Assembly (NCBI RefSeq): GCF_018350175.1 | Contig: NC_058369.1 | Location: 28,212,001-28,276,000 of the forward strand | Direction: 5' to 3' | DNA from: Felis catus | Lineage: Eukaryota | DNA length: 64,000 nt | Part shown: positions 26,886 to 40,080 of the stretch, piece by piece | Position numbering within the stretch: position 1 is the stretch's first letter | Layout of the letters: each line of letters opens with the position of its first letter | The notes under the pieces: generated by a model | Databases searched by the model: none | The model's input: only the letters and a program-made list of their open reading frames with translations | Told to the model about the DNA's origin: nothing | Position numbers and translations under genes: made by a program

Positions 26886-29197
26886 ACACACTGAGGGAAA
26901 TTTTAAGAAAGAAAAACTATCTTTAGTAATAAGGATATTAAAATAGTGCCTGTGCTTATTTTATTTGCACAGGAAGGTTTAAAAAGAAACTCTTTTGAGA
27001 AATGAAAGATCATCAGATCGCTAATAACTGCAGTTTCCTGAACAATTAAAGAAATTCACAAGATTACAACCTACTCAGGAAATGACAAATATTTCTGATT
27101 TTTATGGAAGAACTAAAAGGGCACTTTTATCTATAGCATCCATTCCGTAAGAAGCACTGTTAAGTAATGAAGCTATTTTTATTATTTGTTCATTTGCTTC
27201 AGGAGAACTCAACACGGCAATAGTCTAAAAACAGACAACTTCCCATTGCTTGCTTGGAAAGGTAAAATCGTATATTAAAAGACATTTGCCAGAGTTTTCT
27301 TTTTTACCTATTAAACTTGGACCTTAGAGAACAATTTCCATTGTGCCCAACTTTGTTTCTAACATTCAGCAGAAATATCTTTCAAGGGACATAGTCTAAT
27401 TCTTCATAAATGCACTTTATAAAGCTATCCTCAATGCATCATCCAAACAGTGCCTGCACTTGATAACATTCGGTGTGCAATGCTCCTGTTTGGAAAAACC
27501 TGCTCTTTTTAAAAACTGATCCAATAAACTGTTGACAAATGATTTGTATAATACAGTATGGCCAGCAAGCCAGGTTTATCTCTGTCATTACACACTGCAT
27601 TCAACCCGTTCACAAACGTCGCCGTGTTCCCTTACTTTAGGGCCCCTTCTGCCATTCTGAATAGCAATCCAAAGATCAATACGCAGTCTGCTGAAAACAC
27701 CAGGACATAACAAATGAATAATTTTACTTACCATAAAAGCCCCAGTCTCTAAATGGATTCCACTAATACTCAAATTCATTTTTCATGCTCAAGATGGGAG
27801 GGAGATGTAGCACAATGCAAGGGAATGGGGTACGGAGAAGTATTAACCATACTGGCTCAAATTTACTTAAGCCATGAACAATAGCCGGACTGCACTGAGG
27901 TCCATGAATAAAATGTTCACTACAGAATTCTTAAGATGCAATCTCCAAAATGATTCTGTTCTCTCACCAAGACACTCTGAAAAGCATTTTCCAGGAACAA
28001 GAAATTAATGGATTAAAGACATTCTGACATATCCTTCTAGAGTGTTGCACCACAGAGGCCAAAGCCTGTTCAATCAGCTTTAAACACTGTTTGCGACAAG
28101 CAGAAGTATTTGCTTTCGGTGGGGACAAGGAGGGATTCAAGTGGGTCTTTTGAGAATGAAGCCAATAGTCTTGCTTCAAAAGTTTACCTTTGGCCCCTGA
28201 TCTAACAGTTCTTTTCCTCCTCTGAAAGGTATGAAAAAGTCAGTGAGCAAAGTCCTAAGAAAAAAAGGTTTGGGGAGAGGGAGCAAAATGTTAGAGAGGA
28301 CACAAGTTCAAAGATGACATTTACAAGTCTCATGAATGGCACATTCCCCAAAGGCCACCCAAATACTCTTTAAAAAGAAAATCATCATAAATACAAAATA
28401 ATAATTTCCCATTTATGTAAAGATGCCAATATACTGCCCTTAAAATACGGACTTGTCCATTGAAAACTAACAGGCAAAAAAAAAATCTTTTTCCATCGGC
28501 CATCAATTCATTCACCACTTTTAGACTTAACTGTACCCTTGTAACACAGACATGTAAACAAGATTCCAACTGACAAAGCAGGAGGGGAAAGTTGGAAAAA
28601 ATATAGCTTTAATAGGATACTAAAAGATCTGGAATAAAATGGGAACAAGATTTGGCTGGTGCTTGGGCATACTGAAAAGGCAGGATTTCCATGGACCCTT
28701 GTTGTCCCGCTCCATCAATCGAAATGATCCATATGCTCCTGATGATTACAGCTTCACTTAAAATTCAGGCAGGATAGTACTTTGGATGCTGAGGAAAAAG
28801 ACGTGTAAGAGCTCCTGCCCCACCCCTTTCCAGGAACGAAGGACTCGGCACAGAGACAAACAAGAATGCACATAGTTCTGACACGAGGCAGACTGGGTAA
28901 GTGTTTGGCCCAATGCCTGGAACAGAGCAGGAGCTCTGTAATAAACTGCTGCATGAATCGACATGCAAATAAGGAGTCAAGGGTCACATAGAGGACCACA
29001 CATTTACTTCCTGAGAGGGCAAGGCGGGTATCAGAACATTTTAGTTGAAACAAAAAAGGATGGGTAGGATCTCATCTCGAAGAGAAAGGCAGGGTAAAGG
29101 TGGCCAGGGGTGGGGAACATGGTGAAAGGAAATACAACACCTGTTTAGGAAATAGTTGTAAAGGGGGAAGGTTGAGTCAAGATACTGAAAATCTTTT

Positions 29198-29420
29198 AGG
29201 GACGCCTGGGTGACTCAGTCGGTTAAGTGTCCGACTTCAGCTCAGGTCATGATCTCGCAGTTTGTGAGTTCGAGCCCCGTGTCGGGTTCCATGCTGATAG
29301 CTCAGAGCCTGGAGCCTGCTTCGGGTTCTGTGTTTTCCTCTCTCTCTCTCTCTCTCTGTCCCTTGACCAACTCATACTCTCTCTCTCAGAAATAAAGAAA
29401 CATTAAAAATGAAAAAAAAA
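29198..29420 (+). mobile_element. Can-SINE within an L2 remnant
   Basis: Full body. TSD tgaaaatctttta at ~29186 and ~29427. Confidence 0.95.
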
Positions 29421-31044
29421 GAATAGTGAAAATCTTTTAAGCTTATGCTAAAGAGTTTGGACTTTCTCCTTAAAAAAAAAAAAAACATTCATTATATTCA
29501 CTAGTAGTTTGCAAGGGACTAGGAAGGAGAAAGATAGAATTGGGAGCCATGGTCTGAATGATGTGTGGGCTGGAGAGAAGTCCAGGAGCAGGGAGGGTTC
29601 AAGATGCTGTACGACTTAGGACACCCACACCAAGGGGCTCATCTAGGGCAGATAGAACAGAGCACTGGGGGAAGATTAAAGCCCGCTGCCGACATCTCAC
29701 CATTTATTTTATGAAATGTGAGTGGGCAGAGCTATCCACAGCTTCAATTCCCAAATCACAAGACAAAAGAATATCGCTTTCTGCAGGCGAATGAGTAATG
29801 TATTAAGATTCTTCTCACCGTTGTCACCTAGCCGAGTTTACAAAGGTAAAGTAAAAAAATAAAAAAAAAATCACAAAATCATCATATAAAAAGGATTGTC
29901 TGAATACATTATCTACTGGTCCTGAGACCCCTTTCAACCCTGCAGATATGAAATGCCTCACTCAATATACAGATTATAAAAATGTCCTGGTTCTGTTATC
30001 CTCAGAAAGGGTCGGCTCCTTCTTGCTACCTTCCAAGCAAACTGAGGTTTGCTCACTTTAATGCGACGTCCCTCGTGTCCCTGGCATTTACTCAAAGATA
30101 GGAGAATTGACCAGGACCCATTTCCAAAACAGCAGCTCCAGTGCCATCTGGAAAAAGACTAGTCATCATTTACTAACGGCTCACTATTCAGCTTGTGCAT
30201 TTTCCTAGAGGCAGACACCTCAACTGAAGTACAAGCATGTCTACGACCTATATCTTGCATCACACCTGACAAAATTTGTTAAAAAGACCATGAAAATCAA
30301 GTTTTCTGCTATCAAGATATGAGTTAAAAAAATTACAAAGCTAAATTCATTCTATTATTAACCATTAAAAAAGCAGTACAACTCTGCAACCTTCCAGGGC
30401 AAGGTATTAAAATTTGTTCATCTAAAATCACATTTTCATCCCAGGTCCCCTCTTTGATAGAAGATAAAAGTCAATTAAAGCTGGCACTCAAAGAGATATG
30501 GCATTTCAACCATATTCTTTTGACACCAGAATGCTCAACCATTAAAAAAAAAAATCCACAGAGGAAAAAGACAACCACAAACTTGCAGCAGAATCAAACG
30601 AAAAAATAAAATGCTTCTGTCATTTTAAGAACTTCAAAGTCTCTTAGAAGAACTCCATATAAAATTGACATACAGCTTGAAAATTTTTCTTTTTTTATAG
30701 GACTTTCCTGAACCATTCCAGCTTTTATTTTTACTTCAGTAGACAAGAAATAATATTTTTAAATATTTACCATTTATAATTTAGACTATTTTCATAAATT
30801 TAAAGGTAAATATCAAGAAGTAATTTGTATTAGTAGTTTATTGCTGTTATCATTAGTTTTATAAATGTACATAATTTATTTAATCAAAATTAAATTCAAG
30901 GAATCCGGTGTCTACCATAAAATCACAATTCTCTTTTGGTGCTTTTTTTCTTGTGTTTTTTTTCAATGTTACATCAGGTATATGGCCCAGAAAGGAGATT
31001 ATTCCTGAAGTTCTCACACACTTTGAAAATTCCCATAGGGGAAA

Positions 31045-31049
<5 letters not shown>

Positions 31050-31127
<78 letters not shown>

Positions 31128-31190
31128 CATATACATATATATGTGTATATATATATATATATATATACATACATACATATACACACACAC
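31050..31190. repeat. Compound microsatellite: (TA)~23, (CA)~11, then mixed TA/CA
   Basis: Read directly. Confidence 0.98.
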
Positions 31191-32137
31191 AATTTTAATT
31201 TACTCTGGAAAAAAATCTTGAGATACTTATAGATTCAAAATTACAGAGACATTTATTTCAAAGTAAAATCATGTCTTAGTGTGGAAAATGTTTATTATCT
31301 TAAAATATGAAATTTTATACTTTATTGCCCTCTGCATAGTAAATTAAATTAGAGGGAAAGAGAAAAAAATAACTCTAAAGCATCAGTACAAAAGTCATTT
31401 GCACACAGTCACGAGTGACACTCTAAGCAAACACAAAAATAACTCCAGAACATTTCACCAATTCCTGCTGCTCCCGCTGCAAAGAATAAAGCTTCCAATG
31501 AAGTCAGCAGCAGGAAAGACAACAAGTCAATGGTCAGAGAGAAATAAAACTCTACCACCAATGATACTGGATGACCATTCAGAAGCTGGGATGCTCTCCA
31601 AGAAAAAAAAAAATACTATTTCAGATCCTAAAATGAAAATGACTATTTTGTTAGGTATATTGAGGTATATGAATTTACTAGAATGATCCCTAAAAGGTAA
31701 AGACACCAAGTCAATCACAAATCCTTAGGTAATACCTTATTTCCACATCACAAAAGTGCCAGCCAATCTCTATCTTACTATTAAGATTTGCTACTGATAA
31801 CTGAAAACAAAGTACCCATGATATTCACTAGGCCCACTTTAGAAGCACCTATTTATTTACACAGCTACTATAGTGAAAAGGTCAAGTAAAAATTCACCTC
31901 CAAAGCCACGGTTGCTAAGCAACTCTTTTCAGAAAGTTCTGCAACATTGATCAAGCATATTACTGGTGCCACCAACTGGATTCGGAATAAATGCAACATC
32001 TTACCTGGTTTCTCCAAAGGGGGAGGAAGGCGGAGCCCTTTTCTTTTTCAGACCGACATTGGAAGCCAATGCTGCAATCCTCTGGTCTGTTAAGTTCAGA
32101 GGCATTTTATTTTTCCTCTCTTAAAACAAAACAAAAC

Positions 32138-32147
32138 AAAAGGATAC
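32138..32147 (-). promoter_or_regulatory. FHIT: U12-type (minor spliceosome) 5' splice site, GT subtype
   Basis: Intron starts GTATCCTTTT, a perfect match to the U12 consensus RTATCCTTT and a poor match to U2 GTRAGT. Confidence 0.93.
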
Positions 32148-32250
32148 GTCCTGGTACCACAGGTTTCCTGTTCACAAGAGCAAAGGACAGTTCTGTTTTG
32201 AGAAAAACCACAGAGGGCTTGATGAGGTGTTGGCCAAATCTGAATGACAT
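32148..32250 (-). CDS. FHIT: Fragile histidine triad diadenosine triphosphatase, first coding exon (codons 1-34 plus first base of His35)
   Basis: Minus strand translates from ATG (32250-32248, context GAGGAAATGT) as [34 protein letters not shown]+C, matching the mammalian FHIT N-terminus. 103 coding nt, ends in phase 1. Confidence 0.98.
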
Positions 32251-32267
32251 TTCCTCACGGTTGAAAC
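32148..32267 (-). other. FHIT: FHIT exon 5 (human numbering), 120 nt: 17 nt 5'UTR plus 103 nt CDS
   Basis: Acceptor tcttctctttcag|GTTTCAACC at 32268/32267; donor GGAC|gtatcctttt at 32148/32147. Size matches human exon 5 (c.-17 to c.103) as I recall it. Confidence 0.95.
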
Positions 32268-33419
32268 CTGAAAGAGAAGATGATTTAGGAAATGAGAGTT
32301 TGTAAAATTCAGATGAGAAACTCAGATTATATACAACTCTAAAAAAAGCAAATTCCAATACTACAGATTGTTAGTTGCAAAGTAGAAATCACTGAAGCTG
32401 TTCCCCATTTAAGTCCACTAAAATGGATTCTTGGCAAATCCTCCTAAAATATTCTCCTCTCCTTACCCAGTGTTGCCTTGATTGTTTTTAAGCAGAAGCT
32501 TGCACAAGGACAACAAAACAGTCTTCTTAAATCCCTCTGTAATTCAAGTCGTCACCTTAACCCAAAGTTACTAGGTTCCACCTGTCAGGTTATTTTTATC
32601 CATTCATTTCATCATTTTTGCTAAGCTGAAATTTTTAATTGTTAAGCATGGACTATAAACCATTTAATTCTTAAATGCTTTTCTCAAATGGTTTCATCTT
32701 TATTTATGTAAAAGCAATTTAGAAAAGGTACAAACACCGTTTGACCTTGCCTATAACTACCAAAACATGAGCACTTCCAAAGAACTATTCTAGTAAAAAT
32801 TCCAAAATTGAAGGGAAAATTTTTGAGAAAAAAGAAATAGCATAATAGACTTCAAGAGGAGAACAATTCCTGATTAATGCAGGTTGTGAAATATTTCATA
32901 TTCTCTTTTGCGAGGGGGGGAGTCATGGGAGTGGAATATGACTGAATCAGTATGCGGTACTTAGCATTTGGGTACCAAGTAAGGGTTTTCCATCATTCCT
33001 ATGCTTATGCATGGCAACGTTACTTCCTGAGTAACTAAGACCCTCCTTGGAAAACCATTCATTTCCCAATTCAGAAACTATCCTCCTATAAATCTGTGAG
33101 AATAGATCAATCCATGGGAAACCAGAAGATTACAAAACAGACAATGTCAGTAAATGATTGACTATTTTACAAAGCATACCAACAAATGTACAACTGTTTA
33201 ATGATCCTCATGTTCTCAAAGACTCAAAAGATACAGAGGGCCATGCAAATGTCATCTACTATCATCTAGAAGTGCCCACATGGCAAGAACCTAACACATG
33301 TCAGGGACTAAGACATAAAATAGAAGGTTTGCCTCAAAGATACAATACTGGTTTTCAGAACATTTACAACTAGCTAATAAAAATGACAGGCCAATGAGGA
33401 TATTGAAAAACAATGTACC

Positions 33420-33588
33420 CAGTGGTTCTTAAGGTGTGTTTCACTGGACCAGTAACACCAGCATCACCTGGGAACTACTTAGAAATGTAAATTCTGAATT
33501 CCTACTCTGGACCTACCAAAACAGAAACTCTGGGAAAGGGCCAAGCAATCTATGCTTAAGTAAGCTGCCCAAAGGATTGAGAACCATG
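33420..33588. mobile_element. MER5A-like hAT-Charlie MITE
   Basis: cagtggttcttaaggtgtg...ccagcatcacctgggaactacttagaaatgtaaattct...ttgagaaccatg. Confidence 0.75.
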
Positions 33589-34479
33589 ATCAAACCCAAC
33601 TATTCTCCCAATCCTTGGGTCCTTCCCTACAGAATCTTGGCCAACTAACTGGCTAGACTATGCATGAATATACCCAGTGATGGGAAGATCACTATTCATT
33701 GCTTCTAAGACAATCAATTCCAGCCATTACATAGTTGCCCTTCCTCCAAGTCTATTTGTTTGTCATGAATTCATGCCTTGGAGAGGATGAAATACGTATC
33801 GTGCTAGTGGCAGTGCTTCAGATATTTAGAGTTAACCTTTTTTCATTTCCCCCACAATTTTTTAAATAAACATGGCATTTCATTTCAGTCATTCTGCAAA
33901 CAGCATTGATTCAATTCCACTACAGCTCTTGGTGTGTCTTATGATTATTATTAACCTTACTTGGTTTTTGCTGGGGGTGGGGGGTAGGTTGCCTGCCCAG
34001 CATCTACTTTCTGTATTTCTGTCCATACCATCCTGATTTTTCTTTGGGTAATACCCCCCCCCCCCATATTCTGTTTGTGGGGCTATTCCCACTGCCTGAC
34101 TCTAGGGACAGGAAAGTGATTCAGGCATCCTTAGGCTTCTGTCACATGGCTGGTTCAAAAGCAGACACAGGACAAAACACGAGCCTCTGAAAAAAAAAGG
34201 AGATCCACAAGAAGATTACTGCTGATGCTAAAGGGAAGAACTTTCTTTCTGCTGAGTTGCCAATCTGCTCACATGAACCAAAACAACTAAAAGTTACACT
34301 AAAAATAGTCCACCTGACATCCAGAGAGGTGGGCAGAGCCAAGATAGAGAGACCCATACCTGGTGACATTGTTTGAGAAGCTGGATCTAACAATGCTGTT
34401 AGGACTAATGTGCCCAGAATTTGTTTCCTCTAAAGGATGATTGTACAGAATTGACTTCAGCACAGGCTCTAGTTGATAA

Positions 34480-37400
34480 TCCCCTACTTAGAGTCCATGA
34501 AAAACTCTTCATTTGGTTTTCATTTTTCTCATCATTTCTCCTTCATCCTCTATGCCCAGTTCCATTCTTTCAACCACAGAGCTTCACTTTTTCATGATTA
34601 ATGTATTGTTTATAATCTTAATTGCATTTTTATAAATATTGCCATGTCAAAAATACATAGGGCTCCTGCATGTTTTTTTTAATTTGTATATAAATCATAT
34701 CATGCTTTAAATGTCACTCTGCCTTTTTTTTTTCCCTCAACACTGTTTTAGAGACTCATTCATGGTGCTCTAGGAACGCGTAATTCATTCCTTCCCAATG
34801 CCTATTCCCTCTCACTGGATTACATTGTAGTTTTCCCTCTAGTGCCAAAGGACTAGCTTATCTCCAATCTTGAACCACAAATATCACAGATGACCACCCT
34901 TACATAGATTTCCCTGGGTATCTAGGCTAGAGTCCCATTATTTGGTTTTAATATTTAGATTTTCTAAAATAGAAGCACCAGTCTGCATTCCCAGCATCAG
35001 TATGTTTAGTCTTCTAGTTACTCACATTCTTGCCGGCACTTGAGAGTATCTGATTAGGTAGCTTTTACTGGTATGATAGACAAAATGGAATCCTTTACTT
35101 TTGTCTCTAGTGTGGTATGTATAAGTACATATTTCTCCTTCTTGAATTGCCAATTCATACTTTGCCCTTTTGTAGTGGTTTCCTCCCTTCTATTTTCTGA
35201 TTTTTCAGAGCCCCCTGTATATTTAAATATGGATCTTGGCCTATTAAACATGACAATTATATTCTCACCATCTGTTAGTTTTCCTATCATATGATACATT
35301 AAATAGGAAGCATTCATTTTGATGTATTGATCAATTTTCTTTTTATGGTTGTGCCCTGTGAATCTTATTTAACAAACCTGTCTCCACTATAAGGTTACCA
35401 AAATAATATCTTAAATTTTTGTCTATCAGCTTTATAGTTTTAACAGGTATTTAATCTACTTGAAACTTTGCTTCTGGTATAAAATATGAAAATGGTTTAA
35501 TTTCTTCCTTTTGTGAAACAGTTTCCTAACACCAATTGCTGGGAATGATTACACCAAATTCCCTTATGTGTAAAGGGAGGAGTCTGTACTTAAGATATTG
35601 TGATTCTATGCCAGATGCTGAAGAACAGGGATGCCAAATTTTTTCTCTAAAGGGCCAGATTCAGCTGGCCACACAGTCTGTTCTAACCACTCATCCCTGT
35701 TATGGCAGAATAAAAGCAGCCAAAGACAATACATAGTAAATGCATGTGGCTGTGTCCAAATAAAACTTTATTCATAAGAACAGGTGGCAGCCTGGACTAG
35801 GCTTGTGGGCTGTAATTTGCCAACTTCTGTTGTATAATGTTAATGCCTTGTAAGAAAAAAAAAATCCTTCTTTATCTTTATTCTCCCATATAAATTGTAG
35901 ATTCAGATCTGCCCCATGAAAAAAAATTATTCCTGAGATGTTGATTGGAATTACACTGAATTTAAATTTTAATGGAGGAAATGCGACACCTTCATAATAT
36001 TCAATCAATCCATTTATGAATGCTGCTTTTACGTTCTATAATACCATAATAAAACTCTTGTAATAGGGTTTTAAATTTCCCTTATATGTTTTATGAATTC
36101 TTTCTTAGATTTATTCCTAGATAGCTTTTAGTTTATGTCACTATTATAAATGATATCTTATCATCATCATAGTTTATAATTGGTTATTCCCAATACAGAG
36201 GGAAGCTATTGATTTTTATATGTTGCCCTTCCAAGCTGGCAACCTAGCTGAACCCTTGGATTGCTACTAATAGTTTCTGCTGACTCTTTTTGGTTTCTTA
36301 TATAAATGATTTTCCTTAGAAATAATGACAATTACCTCTCTCACTTCAATCTTTCTGCTTTTGTGCTTTTTGCTTTTTTTTTTTTTTTTTTTTATCTTGC
36401 TGCACTGGTTTGGTATCTGGTAATGTGTTGAAAGGTAAAGCAATGAGTTTAAACCTTTGAGTATAAATCCACTAGGAATGATGTCTGCCATACTTTTTTA
36501 GTACAAAGACTTTATCAAGCTAAAAAAAATCTCTATTTTAAGTTGGCTAAGGGCTGATTCCTTAAAAGAGAAAAAACTTAGTTTTAACAGTTTTTATCCC
36601 TTTGTCATTGATCACACAACTTCTTATTCTTTGTCATTAATGTGATAAATTACAGTAACACTTTTAAATGCTAAAACATCCTTTCACCTTTTAAAAAATT
36701 ACACTTAGTCAAATTATTTTTTAATACACTGCTGGATTTGAATCTTAGTGTTCTATCACGTCCTAAGTTAGCCAATACTTTTTAACCTGGTTTTTGTCTA
36801 AAAAAGAAATCCAACTTATAGGTTGGCTTTTCTCTGTTCAATAAGAAGTTTTATAAACAAGGATTTTCTGTTCCTTGAGACTTAAATAGAACTACTTGTC
36901 AAACTGTCTAGGCCTATTTTTATATTACAGGGAAGATTGTCTTGATAAGCATTACAATTTATTTAATGCTTGCTGATTATGGGGTTTATTTCTTGCATCA
37001 TTTTTTTTAGGATAAATTTAGCCTAAATCATTTTTTTTCACCTAAATTAATCTTTATTGGTAAAAACTCACATTCTCTTTAACATATTGAAACTGCAATC
37101 CGTATTTACCTTACTTATTTTGTACCTATTCATAACATATATATTTTTATCAGTCATCCTGGGATTTATATCTTACCTATTAAGCTTCAAAGAACCTTTT
37201 CTTTCCGTTCTTTGCTTTTATTAATTTTGTCTATTACTGCTTATTTTCTGCTCTTATGTTTGTTTCCCCTGTTTTTTTTTTTCCCTTTCCTTATTTCTTC
37301 AGATTTACCATGTCACAGTCACTCTAATTACTTGAGCCAAACATTGAACTTGCGGGGATCCCCTTATCATTAGACTGTGTCCTTTTAAATGTACTTTATA

Positions 37401-37620
37401 AATAATATAGCATTTAGTTTCCATCCATGGAACAACCTACCTTGATTAGTTTAACCTCATGCATTTATGCCAATTATTCTTTGAGCTTATTTGGAACATC
37501 CTATTTCACTTTTGTTTGCATCTTCTTCTTGCTTCACTTTATTTTCCTTCCTACCTTCCACTGACTAGGTCAATTTTTTTCCCGTGGATATGAAAATTAT
37601 ACATCCTATTTCATTCAGTA
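34480..37620 (-). mobile_element. Ancient LINE-1 (L1ME-like), long degenerate fragment
   Basis: T-rich strand with L1 ORF2 reverse-complement motifs (gttgattggaattacactgaattta; gctattgatttttatatgttg). Confidence 0.65.
35626..35829. mobile_element. MER58A-like hAT-Charlie MITE inserted in the L1
   Basis: cagggatgccaaattttttctctaaagggccagat...gtggctgtgtccaaataaaactttatt...tttgccaacttctg. Confidence 0.8.
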
Positions 37621-37635
37621 GAGGCTATTCTTTAA

Positions 37636-37822
37636 TTTTTTAATTTATTTTTTTAGTATAATTTATTGTCAAGTTGGCTAACATACAGTGTGTGCAGTGT
37701 GCTCTTCGTTTCGGGGATAGATTCCCAGGATTCATCGCTTACATACAACACCCAGTGTTCATCCCAACGAGCGCCCTCCTCAATGCCCATCACTCATTTC
37801 CCCCTCTACCCTGCCCCTCCCC
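37636..37822 (-). mobile_element. Carnivore-type LINE-1 3' end
   Basis: T tail then tttattgtcaagttggctaacatacag...cttacatacaacacccagtg...gccctcctcaatgcccatcac. Confidence 0.85.
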
Positions 37823-39217
37823 ATTGTAATTTCATATAGTTACTGATATGCTGGAGCTTTATTTGTACCCTCAGAGATCTCATCTGAAAACAGTGGCTGA
37901 TGGTGTAAGTAAAGCGCATCTATGTCACAAGAAATATTACCAAAAGTGGTACTATTTATCTCTTTACCCAAATCCAATTCAGCTTCTTCTTTAATTGTGG
38001 TAAAATTCTGCCCATTTGTGCTGTTAAAAGACATGCTTCCTCAAGTTTTAATTTCAGTAGAAAAGGAACACTCCAGCAACTATAAGAGGAACACAAGTAG
38101 AGAAATGGCTAAGAGTCAATACTGTGTGATGGGAAGATTCCTGCATCTCTAGGATCTCAAACTGTCTGCAAGGCTGAGATAAATATTAAATACTCTCCTC
38201 TCACATGAAGATGACCAAAAGCAATTGTATTTTAAGCAAAAGTAAAATTGCTGATTTCTTTTTTAATCAAACAAGAAGACTGGATGTACCAATCTTCTGT
38301 TGAATTCCTGGAGAAAATCATCTCCCAGGACCTCGGTTTCTTAATAAATATGGACAGCTACTGGCATCCAGAAAACCAAGCACTGGGTTAAGGACCTCAG
38401 CCCAATGTTTAGGCCCTTAGACTTATTAGCAGCCTCAGCTAAGACAGAAATAGAAGGCTGACTCCAGCAACAGTGACTGAGACCTGCATTTGCCTGTTTA
38501 TAAATAATAGCATGTTAATGAAAACCCCAGGTCTTATATTTTAAGCCAATTCTTTAACTTATATTCCTTAATAATAACATCTGTTATCTTGAACTAAAAA
38601 TATGTGCCTTCAGTGTGTTAAATCAGTCTCTATTTTCCATCATTTCTGCTGTGGAAGTTATTTGTACCCTCTCTTAACCTCTCTACTTCCTGCAACCTGT
38701 CTCTGCCTATCTCCTAGAATTCACAGCAGCCAGTAGAATCACGTTATTTTTAGAACTCTGTCTTCAAAACATAGTACAGAGAAAGGAAGTAACGAAAAGG
38801 TCTCTATTGACTATTCACATTTAATTTTGTGACTCAGTGGATTTGATCAGTCATTTTCTGATAGGGCTAGATAGGCAGCCTAATTTGCAGTGAAATAAGG
38901 TTCAATGGGCACAAAAGCAAAAGCTCTAAAATGTTAAATTTCCCAACCATTAACAACGGGAGATGACAACAGCTCACTTCAGGGTAGATCAGGTTTCTTC
39001 CTGGTTTGCTTTCCAATGTGATGTTAACGTCCAACTGAAATAACCACCGTATGCTTTTAACCTTGTCCCCCAAAAGAAAAATCAATTCTAGAATTTGAGG
39101 CAGAAAAGGCCCACAGAGATCACTTAGATCCAGTTCCCTCATTTTAGAGACATTGAATAAGGGGGGAAGTCAAGTGGCTTACTCAAATTCACTGTGAACC
39201 TCACAAGATCTCCTTTT

Positions 39218-39445
39218 GGGGCGCCTGGGTGGCGCAGTCAGTTAAGCGTCCGACTTCAGCCAGGTCACGATCTCGCGGTCCGTGAGTTCGAACCCCACGT
39301 CGGGCTCTGGGCTGATGGCTCAGAGCCTGGAGCCTATTTCCGATTCTGTGTCTCCCTCTCTCTCTGACCCTCCCCCGTTCATGCTCTGTCTCTCTCTGTC
39401 CCAAAAATAAATAAACGTTGAAAAAAAAATTAAAAAAAAAAAAAA
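39218..39445 (+). mobile_element. Young SINEC_Fc-type Can-SINE
   Basis: CpGs largely retained. TSD aagatctccttt on both sides. Confidence 0.97.
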
Positions 39446-39914
39446 GATCTCCTTTAAAGGATATTATTCAGACAAGACACCTTTAAGGACTTCGCAAACT
39501 TGGGAATCTAGGACTCCAGAGACCACGCTTTCAGAATCCCTAAACCAAAGGTACTGTCACAATAAGGGAATCCTTTGGTGCCAAAACCACACGGCAGTAT
39601 CCTTGTAAGTCAGTCATCTGGTGATTCGGAATACATGCCTATGTCCATTATTTTCCCATTATTTTATCAAATGGAGAACACAAAATATAAACTCCCTTTG
39701 AGAATGTGAGGACTCTTCAAAACCCAACAACCCAAGTTTGAGAAACTCAGGACTTTAGCAAAGGCACCTACCAGACCATGTTAGTGAGGATGCAAAATCT
39801 TAACCAACAGACTACCAGGACCTCGTTTCATGATTACTTTCTCTTTTCCCAAAGCAAATGATTTCTTTGGAACAAATGTTAAGTCTTCACATTTTGCCAA
39901 GCACTGCAAGAGGT

Positions 39915-40080
39915 GTCTACTCAAAATGTGGTCTGAGGACCAACAAGGTCAGTATCACCTGAGAGATGTTAGAAATGCAGATAGCCAAGCTCTCCCCCAC
40001 CCAAACCCACTGCATCATTCTGTAGTTACACAAGATTCCAAGCGGTGTTGTCCATGCATCAAAGGTTGAGAAGGACTTTC
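39915..40080. mobile_element. MER5A-like MITE
   Basis: ctactcaaaatgtggtctgaggacc...cagtatcacctgagagatgttagaaatgcaga. Confidence 0.7.

Larger units (their letters stand above)
1..32147 (-). other. FHIT: FHIT intron 5, 5' portion (continues beyond the window)
   Basis: Follows the exon 5 donor. No sequence encoding the next residues (HVLVCPLRPV...) seen in the window. Confidence 0.88.

Noticed and set aside
30880..31232. ORFs rich in YI/TH repeats
   Set aside because: Artefacts of the TA/CA microsatellite.
32251..32358. Extended ORF 32107-32358 from the track as a longer FHIT N-terminus
   Set aside because: The extension crosses the splice acceptor into intron 4 and begins at a non-ATG codon. 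The FHIT-matching sequence starts at 32250.
38387..38394. TCCTTAAC motifs on the minus strand in intron 4 (also ~60610)
   Set aside because: They lie upstream of the U12 donor with no visible partner. Treated as background.
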